From Candidatus Magasanikiibacteriota bacterium (GTDB taxonomy: Bacteria; Patescibacteriota; Patescibacteriia; Magasanikbacterales; GWA2-37-8), in assembly GCA_963840935.1 (NCBI GenBank), contig CAWJAS010000001.1, forward strand, positions 256,875 through 320,874: 64,000 nt of DNA, given 5' to 3'. Within the stretch, counting starts at the first letter, position 1. Every line of letters begins with the position of its first letter. The notes beneath the pieces were generated by a model, which saw nothing but the letters and a program-made list of their open reading frames with translations, had not been told where the DNA came from and ran no database searches. Below are positions 1 through 10,100 of the stretch, one piece after another. A program made the translations under genes and the position numbers.

Positions 1-733
1 TTCATTGGCCGGCGCGCAAAATATTGATGTGAAAGCCAAAAGAACCCAACAATCGGGCGCCGAGCAAAGACCGGTAACTTCAACCGGCGGTGAAAGCCAT
101 GATGAAGAAAAAAAATATCTTAATGTAATTGTGAAAGCCGATACTTTGGGTTCGCTTGAGGCGATTATCGGGTCTTTGGAAAAAATAAAAAACGACGAAG
201 CGGCGGTGAAAGTGGTGGGTAAAGGTCTTGGCAATGTCAGCCCTGACGATGTTTTGCTTGCCGAAACAACCCAAGCAATCCTCTTTGGTTTTAATGTGTC
301 TCCCACTTCAATCGCCGAAGAAATGATTCGCGGAAAAAATACAAATTATAAATCATATAAAGTAATTTATGACTTGCTCGATTTTGTGAAAGATGAGCTT
401 GAAAAAATATTGAATCCGGAATTGATTATTACCGAACTTGGCAGTATCAAAATATCCGATATTTTTAGGACAGATAAACATACCATGATTTTGGGTGGGC
501 GAGTTCAGAGTGGGAAAATTATTAAAGATGTTAAGGTTAGAGTGGTCAGAAAAAAAGAAACAATCGGCATCGGCAAAATTACTCAATTGCAAATTGGCAA
601 ACAATCGGCGCCGGAAGTTCCGGATGGCACTGAATGCGGAATGCAATATGAGGGCAAATTAAAAGTTGAAGTCGGAGATGTTTTGGAAGCATACAAAGAA
701 GAAAAGAAAGAAAAGAAGTTGGTGCTGAACTAA
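1..733 (+). CDS. infB: Translation initiation factor IF-2, C-terminal part (5' truncated by window)
   Basis: IF-2 motifs VIVKADTLGSLEAI, GxGNVSxxDVxLA and EVxxGxECG. Confidence 0.95.
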   Translation, partial: SLAGAQNIDVKAKRTQQSGAEQRPVTSTGGESHDEEKKYLNVIVKADTLGSLEAIIGSLEKIKNDEAAVKVVGKGLGNVSPDDVLLAETTQAILFGFNVSPTSIAEEMIRGKNTNYKSYKVIYDLLDFVKDELEKILNPELIITELGSIKISDIFRTDKHTMILGGRVQSGKIIKDVKVRVVRKKETIGIGKITQLQIGKQSAPEVPDGTECGMQYEGKLKVEVGDVLEAYKEEKKEKKLVLN

Positions 734-762
734 TTTTAATTTTGATATTTAATTAATATTAT

Positions 763-1083
763 ATGGAGCATACTTTTACTGATGACAATTTTTCCACCGA
801 AGTGCTCGCTTCGAGCGATCCGGTGTTGGTGGATTTTTGGGCTACATGGTGCGGGCCTTGCCAAATGATGGGTCCGATTGTGGAAGAGTTGGCGAAAGAA
901 TATGAAGGCAAAAAAATAAAAATCGGAAAATTAAATGTTGATGAAAATCCGGAAACTGCCGGCAAGTATAATATTATGAGCATCCCTTCTTTTATGATTT
1001 TTAAGGGCGGTGACGTGGTTGATACTTTGAGCGGGGGAGTACAGAAGGAAAAATTGGCGGAATTGATTGATAAAAATCTCTAA
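763..1083 (+). CDS. trxA: Thioredoxin
   Basis: 106 aa with VDFWATWCGPC active site and SIP cis-Pro motif. Confidence 0.97.
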   Translation: MEHTFTDDNFSTEVLASSDPVLVDFWATWCGPCQMMGPIVEELAKEYEGKKIKIGKLNVDENPETAGKYNIMSIPSFMIFKGGDVVDTLSGGVQKEKLAELIDKNL

Positions 1084-1103
1084 AAAAATTAAAATTTTTT
1101 TTT

Positions 1104-1128
1104 GGCTCCGGTTAGCGCCGGAGTTTTT
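1104..1128 (+). terminator. Intrinsic terminator after trxA
   Basis: GCTCCGG/CCGGAGT stem followed by a T run. Confidence 0.7.
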
Positions 1129-1135
1129 AATTTTC

Positions 1136-1188
1136 TGTGGATAACTTGGCAAAAAAACATTCAATATTAATGTATATAGTGTTATAAT
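1136..1188 (+). promoter_or_regulatory. DnaA-box 9-mer plus extended -10 promoter of first fibre operon
   Basis: TGTGGATAA at 1136-1144; TG-T-TATAAT at 1180-1188; no canonical -35. Confidence 0.55.
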
Positions 1189-1210
1189 ATAGATGTAATA
1201 AAAATTGATT

Positions 1211-2242
1211 ATGGATAATCGGTCGGAAACGACTAAGATTAATGCTAGGCAAAGAAAACCGAAAGTTTTTTACTTGTTCGGATTGTTTGTTTTTGCCGTA
1301 TTTTTTATGGCTTCAGTTTTTACGATTAAAGCAAACACCGCTCCACCGCCATCAGTTGTTACTTATCAAGGCAAAATTTTGGTGGGCGGAGCTTCGGCCA
1401 CCACTTCACTCAACATGCATTTTAGAATTTATGACGCGTCGTCCGGGGGTACTTTGCTTTACACCGCCTCCGGTACTTTGGTGTCGCCCACGTCAATCAG
1501 TGTTACTCCGAATTCCGGATTGTTCTCGGTGATTTTTGGAGAGAGCGGAACCAATGCAATGGACCCATCAATTTTCAAAGACAATTCAGATATGTATTTG
1601 GAGGTTCAAGTTGAGTCAGAAATTTTGACTCCAAGAAAAAGAATTACATCCGCTCCGTACGCTTTTAACGCGAAATATTTGGACGGTTTTGCCCCAAGCC
1701 AAACCCCGACTAACACGGCATATATTCCAGTATCAGATGATGATGGTAATTTTAATTTTAGCGGAGTGACGACAACCAATCTTTATTCATCGGGTGATAT
1801 CACCGCCTCGGGAAGCGTGCAATCAAGTTTGTATTGCGATGAGGATGGTAGTAATTGTTTTGACCCGTCTACGGGGTGGTCAACCGGTCCGACTCAATTG
1901 GTTACGACGACCGCGTCATACAACGGTTCATTCGCGACAGGAACTTTGATTGGTTATCAGGCAGCGAATGATATGTGTAAAGCGCGATTAGCCGGCAGTC
2001 ATTTTTGCAGAACCGATGAAGTGATCGGTTTTATTCAAAGTCAAGATATTTCATTTTTTGCCGGCACTGCCTGGATTGCCGAAGGCCCGCCGGGTTACAC
2101 CGCCAATTCCAATGATTGCAATGGCTGGACTAATTCAAGCGATACAATGCTTGGCGCTTTTTGGCAATTTGTTTCAAACGGAGGCGGTATGGGTTGGCTC
2201 GTTAATTGTTCAGTCACCAAACCAATTGCTTGTTGTAAATAA
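1211..2242 (+). CDS. Secreted protein: YQGK...YLEVQV-type N-terminal domain plus Cys-rich C-terminal lectin-like domain
   Basis: Signal peptide; N-domain shared with the 15554 gene; C-terminal GYQAAN..C...WIAEGPPGYT..SNDC.G.T...C....I.CCK shared with the 2246 gene; ATG at 1211 chosen as start. Confidence 0.7.
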   Translation: MDNRSETTKINARQRKPKVFYLFGLFVFAVFFMASVFTIKANTAPPPSVVTYQGKILVGGASATTSLNMHFRIYDASSGGTLLYTASGTLVSPTSISVTPNSGLFSVIFGESGTNAMDPSIFKDNSDMYLEVQVESEILTPRKRITSAPYAFNAKYLDGFAPSQTPTNTAYIPVSDDDGNFNFSGVTTTNLYSSGDITASGSVQSSLYCDEDGSNCFDPSTGWSTGPTQLVTTTASYNGSFATGTLIGYQAANDMCKARLAGSHFCRTDEVIGFIQSQDISFFAGTAWIAEGPPGYTANSNDCNGWTNSSDTMLGAFWQFVSNGGGMGWLVNCSVTKPIACCK

Positions 2243-2245
2243 TTT

Positions 2246-4120
2246 ATGATAAGAACGCGACTACAATTAATAATATTATTCGCAGTCATTACTGGCGGTT
2301 TGTTGTTCGCGATTTCCGCCAAATCTGCTTCATATTGGGTGACAAATCCTTCAACTTGTCCTTCAAGTGACCCGGTATTTTTTCCGGGTCAGAATTGCGT
2401 GCCGGATAATATTTGCGGAGACAGTTCCGGTATCGCCCAATGTTATTCAACTGCGGGTATCAGCGCGCCGTCCGCTTCAACCACTTCAAATGTTCAATAC
2501 AGCGCTTCGCATCCGAGTGGCGGGTATTTGTTAAATTGTTATGCCACCCAAGATGCGTCAGCTCCTTTTTGCGATAACAATGGGGCCATGTGGTGCAACC
2601 GCAACGAAACATGCTACGGCACAAATCACAAAGTAACCGAATGTACCGGCGGAGTTTTTGGTTCGGCTCTTTGCGGAGCGGACTGCGTTTCCGGTTATCA
2701 GGATTGCGACGCCACTCCGACTGTTTGCGAAGTGCAAACAGGTGTGACAAGTTGTTCCGCGGGAGCGAATAATAATATTGGCGCTTCATGCACCTGCCAG
2801 TGCGATAGTGGTTATGTGGATTGTGACGGTTCTACTCCCGGCGCGGGAACCGGTTGTGAAACCACAATCGGCGGTTCATGTTCCCTCGGTGGTTTGAACG
2901 GAGTGTGGAACGCTTCCTGCGTTTGCGTTGTTTCACCCCAAAATTTTGTTACCGGCGTTGAAGCGCAGTTTGCCACCGCGAGCCCGTTTCTTTGGGGCAC
3001 GCAATATGGAGGAGGGGATTTGATAAATATTTCACAAAATGATTTAACAACTTCCACTTTTCTTGTTTCCAATTCCGGCCAAGTCGGCATCGGTCTCACC
3101 TCGGTTCATGCCGCCGCCGCTCTTGAAGTTTCTTCCACAAGCAGAGGTGTTCTTTTCACGCGACTAACCACCGTCCAAAGAGACGGCATCGCGACACCTC
3201 CTGAAGGTCTTTTGATTTATAATATAGATAATAATCAATTTGAATATTATGCCACTTCAAGCTGGATGGCTATGGGTGCCGGTGGTTCGATTACATATTC
3301 GGCCGATGGAGAAGGTTTGGAGCTCACCGGCAATCAATTTTCCATTGAACTTGACGGAAACACACTTTTCAAATCCGCTTCCGGATTGCGTTTGGCGACC
3401 ACAACTGTAATGGCGGGCACATATGGCTCGTCAACTGAAATGGTCGTTTTCACGGTTGATGCCTACGGCCGTTTAACCGCGGTCACGACCACCACTCTTT
3501 CATTTTCTTCCGCCGATTTAATGGATTCTTCAACCATTGCTTATCTCAATCAAGACCAAACATTCACCGGCCAAAATACTTTTGCCAATACCACAACATT
3601 TAATTCGTCTACTGTTTTTAATAATCAAGTTTTTGTTAATACCACCACGGCTACAAGTTCGCTTAATCTCAAAGTGGCCGGCAAAATCGGAGCCAATTAT
3701 TATTGCGATGCAAATGGAGAAAATTGTTTTGACCCGTCAGCCGGTTTGGTGACATTGGTTAGCGATGTTACTTCCACGCCGATAAGCACTTTCAGCGGAA
3801 GCTTTTCTACGGGCACATTAAAAGGCTATCAAGCGGCGAACGATATTTGTAATTATTATTTCCCCGACTATCATCTTTGTTTTAGCGGTGAAATAATAAC
3901 TTTTATTCGAACTCATTCGATTGCCAAGTTTGCCGGTTTACCCCAAAGTTGGATTGCCGAAGGTCCGCCCGGTTACACCGCATATTCCAATGATTGTGGT
4001 GGCTACACAACAACATCAATGACATATTTGGGCGCGCTTTGGGCATATGACAGCGACGGCGGAGGCCAAGGTTGGCTTACCGGATGCAATAACACTCGCG
4101 CCATAAGCTGTTGCAAATAA
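2246..4120 (+). CDS. Secreted Cys-rich fibre-like protein with C-terminal lectin-like domain
   Basis: Signal peptide, Cys-rich EGF-like N-region, GQVGIG/LEVSSTSRGVLF.R shaft motif, C-terminal domain paralogous to the 1211 gene. Confidence 0.7.
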   Translation: MIRTRLQLIILFAVITGGLLFAISAKSASYWVTNPSTCPSSDPVFFPGQNCVPDNICGDSSGIAQCYSTAGISAPSASTTSNVQYSASHPSGGYLLNCYATQDASAPFCDNNGAMWCNRNETCYGTNHKVTECTGGVFGSALCGADCVSGYQDCDATPTVCEVQTGVTSCSAGANNNIGASCTCQCDSGYVDCDGSTPGAGTGCETTIGGSCSLGGLNGVWNASCVCVVSPQNFVTGVEAQFATASPFLWGTQYGGGDLINISQNDLTTSTFLVSNSGQVGIGLTSVHAAAALEVSSTSRGVLFTRLTTVQRDGIATPPEGLLIYNIDNNQFEYYATSSWMAMGAGGSITYSADGEGLELTGNQFSIELDGNTLFKSASGLRLATTTVMAGTYGSSTEMVVFTVDAYGRLTAVTTTTLSFSSADLMDSSTIAYLNQDQTFTGQNTFANTTTFNSSTVFNNQVFVNTTTATSSLNLKVAGKIGANYYCDANGENCFDPSAGLVTLVSDVTSTPISTFSGSFSTGTLKGYQAANDICNYYFPDYHLCFSGEIITFIRTHSIAKFAGLPQSWIAEGPPGYTAYSNDCGGYTTTSMTYLGALWAYDSDGGGQGWLTGCNNTRAISCCK

Positions 4121-4126
4121 AATATT

Positions 4127-7100
4127 ATGGAAAAATTTGAAAAACAATTTAAAATTCGTGCGAGCATAAAATCAATGATGATTTTTGTGTTTGTATTTGG
4201 AATTTTTGTTGTTTTTGCAAATTCGGCAAGCGCCACAAATTGGAAGCCAAATCCAAATCAATGTCCGACCACATACAACGGTCAAATTGGTAATCCGGGC
4301 GAAGTGATGTGCGGTTTGAACAGTGGAGTGGCGCATTGGTATGACATGACGACTTTAGTTGGTTTGGTACCCGCGGGTAATACAACCGTTAACACTGGTG
4401 GGGGAACATACGGTGGTTATGTGGTTGATTGCGATGCTTTTGATGCGAGCGTTCCGCGTTGCGACAACACGGGTTCTTTTTGGTGCAGTCCGGACGCTAC
4501 TTGCAACAGTGCCTACAGAAAAACAGAATGTATTGGAACAAAATGGGCTACTGATTCCGGATCTTCTAATTGCGATGTTTGTCAAGATAATAGATGGGAT
4601 TGCGACACTAATAATACTTGCGAAACCGCGGATGGGGCCAGTTGCACGGCGACTCTTGGCGGTAATAATGTTCCCGGCACAATGAATTGCGTTACCGGCG
4701 CCGGTTCATGCTCTGATTTGGGAGCTACTCTTGCCACTTGTACTTGCGTACCGGGTGTTCAATATTTTCAAACGGGCATCCAAGCCCAGTTCGCCACAAC
4801 TTCGCCTTTGCTTTGGGGCACTCAATATGGTACCGGTGATTTAATAAATATTTCCAGCAATGATTTATCAACCACCACATTCATGGTTTCTAATTCCGGC
4901 CAAGTGGGTGTCGGTTTGGCTTCTGCAATAAACACCAATGTTGCTTTTGAAGTTTCGTCCACCAATCGAGGCGTGCTTTTGCCAAGATTAACAACCACGC
5001 AGAGAAACGCGATTTTAACTCCACCGGAAAGTTTGCTTGTATATAATATTGACAATCATCAATTTGAATATTATGCCACTTCAAGCTGGCTTGCCATGGG
5101 CTCGGGAGGTGGTTCGTTTACCGAAACCGACCCGATCTGGATGACGGCAAGTGGCACTTTGACTACCGCGCATTTTGCCACCAATACTGTTTCACAATGG
5201 TCTAATGACGCCGGTTATCTTACTTCATACACCACCACTTCACCCGCCGGCATAAATGGGCAAGTGCAATTTAATGATAATGGCGCATTTGGCGCGACTA
5301 ATACTCTTGTTTGGGATAACTTACTCGGTTCCTTGTCTGTGGGTGATAATTATACTTTTCTATCAGGTTCAAGGTCTTTTGTGCAGGGCCTTTATAGTCA
5401 GGCTACCGGCACAAATTCAATTGCCATGGGGCAATACGCGCAAGCAACAAATAATTTTGCCGTAGCTATCGGCGGTTCTTCTCCGGTATCATCCGGTAAT
5501 TCTTCCATTGCTATGGGTTCTGGCGCGCACGCGTATGGTAATAGTTCAATCGCGCTCGGCAATCTTGCATCAGCGGAAAATTTATCTTCCGTCGCCATTG
5601 GTTATCAAACCAGGTCAACCGGTAATTATGCGGTCGCTATCGGTGGAAATACTAGAGCGACCGGTTTGTTCAGCGTGGCGATTGGCAATAACAGTACCTC
5701 AAGCGGAAATTCATCTTTTGTCGGCGGTTATAATAATGATTCAAGCGGTAATTATTCAGCAGTATTTGGTTCTGACAACATTAACACGGGCGGAGATTAC
5801 GCTTTTATATCCGGCGACAATAATGTAAATTCAGGTGGCCTGTATTCCGCGATTTTCGGGGCCTACAACACATCAACCGGCCAATATTCATTTATCGGCG
5901 CCGGTTTAAATAGTGTGGCGAGCGGAATTAATTCAGTTGCTTTTGGTCGAAATTTGACAGTGTCCGGTAATTATTCTTTTGGGGTTAATGCCCACGGTTC
6001 AAATTCATATACCTTATCTCAAGCTAACACAGTTGCTCTTATGGGTGGCAATGTTGGCGTGGGGACTACGACTCCGGCCTATAGGTTAACCGTTTCCGGA
6101 GATTTCGCCGTTACTGGCACAATAAGAGTGGGGAATGCTATGACCCCGGGCACTTATGGCCAACTTCTAATGTCAACCGGCACGGGAGCGGTTTGGATGA
6201 GTACCAGTTCACTTGGTTTGGGCGGGGGAGGCGTCACAGGTTCCGGCACATCAACTGAAGTCGCTTTTTGGTCCGGCACAAATTCACTTTCATCCTCAAG
6301 TTCACTTTATTGGAATAACACGAATGGCAGACTTGGTATTAACAATGCAACTCCGGAATTCGCTTTAACTATTGGAAATGACGGGGGTATTATCGCAACC
6401 GGCACAGTTGGGTCCGGCGCGACTCTTTCTACCGCTGGCGCCGGCACCCGCATGATTTGGTACCCGCGTAAAGCCGCATTCAGAGCCGGTTATGTAAATG
6501 GAACGCAGTGGAATGACGCGAACATCGGAGAATATTCCGTAGCCATGGGGAACGGTTCAAGAGCCAGCGGATATGGTGACATTGCTATTGGTACTGGTGT
6601 AGTCGCAAGCGGTGGAAATTCCGCCACGGCAATAGGCGCTCTTAATACGGCAAGCGGTGATGGGGCGTTTGCCCTTGGCCGTTCAATGACAGTATCCGGC
6701 GACTATTCTTTTGGTGTTAATGTTTCCACAACCGGTGCCACATTATCCCAAGCGAGTACCATTGCTTTAATGGGTGGCAATGTTGGTGTTGGCACAACTT
6801 CTCCATTATTCAAATTAACAATTGACGGTGGAATTTATTCCACGGGTACTTTTAATGCGGGTGAAACTTTGTCTTATTCCGGTGCTGGTACCCGCATGAT
6901 TTGGTACCCACGTAAAGCCGCGTTTAGAGCGGGTAATGTAGATAGCACACAATGGAATGATGCGAATATCGGGACTTATTCCGTTGCTTTTGGAGAAGAC
7001 ACCGAAGCGAGCGGTGACCACGGGTCAACCGCCTTCGGAACCGGTTCAATTGCGAGCGGTGATTATGGGTCCGCCGCTTTTGGCTCGTGGACAGAAGCTT

Positions 7101-10100
7101 CCGGTCAAAGCTCGGCCGCTTTTAACATAGCCACAATTGCCAGTGGTAATTATTCAACCGCTTTTGGCAACACCACTGTGGCCAGTGGCATGACGGCGAC
7201 AGCTTTTGGTAATGGTACGACCGCCAGTGGTTATATTTCCACAGTATTTGGCAATAGCATGACAGTATCCGGTGATTATTCATTTGGCGTAAATGTTGGG
7301 GCTTCAGCTTCCCCTGTGCTCTCGCAAGCAAATACTATTGCTCTTATGGGTGGGAATGTCGGCATTGGTACAACTTCGCCACAATATCGATTGACAGTCG
7401 CTGGTGATTTGGCGGTTACAGGCACAATCAGAGTGGGGGATACTATGGCTTCCGGCACTTACGGCCAGATTTTGATGTCAACCGGCACAGGAGCTACCTG
7501 GATGAGCACCAGTTCACTTGGTTTGGGCGCTGGTACTGTTACAGGTTCCGGCACATCAACCGAAATAGCTTTTTGGTCCGGCACAAATTCACTTTCATCC
7601 TCAAGTTCACTTTATTGGAATAACACAACCGGCAAGTTAGGTATAAATAATTCAAATCCTGAATTCGCTTTAACTATTGGAAACGACGGCGGTATTATCG
7701 CAACAGGAACCTATGGTAGTGGAACTATTCTTACCACAGCAGGCGCCGGCACTCGAATGATTTGGTATCCGTATGGCGCGGCTTTTAGAGCTGGCATAAT
7801 CGACGGTACTCAGTGGAACGAATTTAATATCGGACATGGTTCCGTCGCTTTTGGCGCTAACACTATTGCGAGCGGAGCCGGCTCAATGGCTGTTGGTGCA
7901 GATACAGTAGCTTCAAATGCCTCGTCTTTTGCGTCGGGTTATGGAGCTGTTGCTTCAGGTTACGTTGGTTCTTCTATCGGTTTATATACAACTTCAAGCG
8001 GACATTATGGTTCATTTTCCATAGGCGAACGAACAGTAGCAAGTGGTAATCGCGCTTTTGCTGGTGGGTATTATTCCATAGCTTCAGGCACGGCCACACT
8101 TGCTTTTGGTCAAAACGCGAATGCATTAGGTAACAATTCAGTTGCGCTTGGTCAAAATGTTACCACCACATTGTCTTCAAGTAATAATTTTGCTCTTGGC
8201 AATAATATAATAGTTAGCGGTAATTATTCATTTGGTGTGAATGTTTCGTCAACTGTCGCGACTCTCGCGCAAGCCAACACTATTGCTCTAATGGGTGGTA
8301 ATGTCGGCATCGGCACAACGAGTCCGCCGTTAAAATTAACAATAGACGCGACTGTCGGTAGTGGCGGTTCTGAAGGAATTGGAATTTTTGGCGGTAATAG
8401 CACTACTGTTGCTCTTGGAAATTATAATAGCGGGGGCACATATACCGGAGTTTTGGCATTGTATCGCTCAGATTACTGGGGGCCAACCGCGATGTTTTCT
8501 GCCGGAGGTTCCGCTTCGCTTTATGGTTTTCATATTGGTACTTCCACTATTCCATCTACTATTTCACGTTTTACTGTTGGTTCAGATTTGGAATTTGCAA
8601 TAAGCAGTGACGGGGATATTACAAGAATAAATGACGTGCCCATGTCTTGGCCGTCGTCTCAAGGGGGAGTTGGCACGATTTTACAAAATGACGGTTCGGG
8701 TAATTTGTCTTGGGAGGCGACAAGTTCACTCGGGTTAATTGATGGCGAGGGTTCCGCCGGTTTTGTTACACTTTGGAATAGCAGTACCACTTTGTCTTAT
8801 GATGGTGATGGTATGTATTGGGACGGAATGGATAATCGATTGGGTATTGGGACAACGACTCCCTTGGGGAGACTGCATATGCGTACGAATATAAGTGGAG
8901 ATGGAATTTTTTTAAGTAATGATGTAGGTAAAGTGGCTTCAAAATTGTTTCTTATTTTAGATTCCGACAGCTATCAGTCAGGTAAACTATCTCTATTACA
9001 AAATGACGTGGAAAAAGTGTCTTTAGTTGCAAAAGGCAATTCTTATTTAACCGGCGGTAATGTGGGTATTGGCACATCAACACCGGAAACAGTATTGTCT
9101 GTTGCTGTTCCGGGGAATAATGGCATTGTTTTGTATGGATCCACAAATGGCTATCAATTGGCAGCACTTGCCAGCGGAGCCGGGAATGAAACGGGTGGTC
9201 TTGTGCTTTTTACCAACAATATATCTCAACCGAGTGTTTCCATTACTGGTGGAGTTGGAGGCGCGATTACTTATTTCGGCACTTCAACCTATCGTTTTGG
9301 CATTGCCACAAGTAGTCCTTTATCAGGGTTCACTTTTGTGGTTGCCGGCACTTCATCACAGCGTTCTATTTTACCGGAAACTAATTTGACTTACACATTG
9401 GGTGATTCTTCCAAGCGTTGGAATGAGTTGTGGACCGGCACGGCAAATATTGGTACAAGCACATGGTCGCTTACCACAACCGGCGCGGACCGATTTGGAA
9501 TTTTTAGCGGTCCGAGCGGAACGGCTACGGAAACAATATCGATTTTGCAGGATTTGGGTAATGTTGGTATCAACAACATATCACCATCAAAAACTTTAGA
9601 TGTTAACGGCAGTATTAATATTCCATCAACCGACACTACCACAGATTCAGGAATAATATATATGAATAGTAGCCGTTTTATTCATTCAGTGGGCGGAACA
9701 ACGAATTTTTATGCAGGCTTAGGATCCGCAAATACAAATGCCATTTCAGATTACAATACCGGTATTGGTGGCAATGCATTGATGAATATCACATCTGGCG
9801 ATGGCGCGAATGTTGCAGTTGGTTATAACGCTGGCAGAAGCATTACCACTGGAGCATATAATGTCGGTATTGGTATAAATAATTTTTATGAAAACGGAGG
9901 CGGTATTATTGGAAACGTAGCGATTGGTCGACACACCATGTATTCCACACAAAGTAATTCCAGTACCGCCGTTGGCTACGCTGCGATGAGAAATAACACG
10001 ACCGGTGAAGGTAATGTTGCCCTAGGATATTATGGACTTTATGCCAACTCTACAGGTAATTACAATACAGCCGTTGGTTTCGAAGCTTTGGCTACAACCA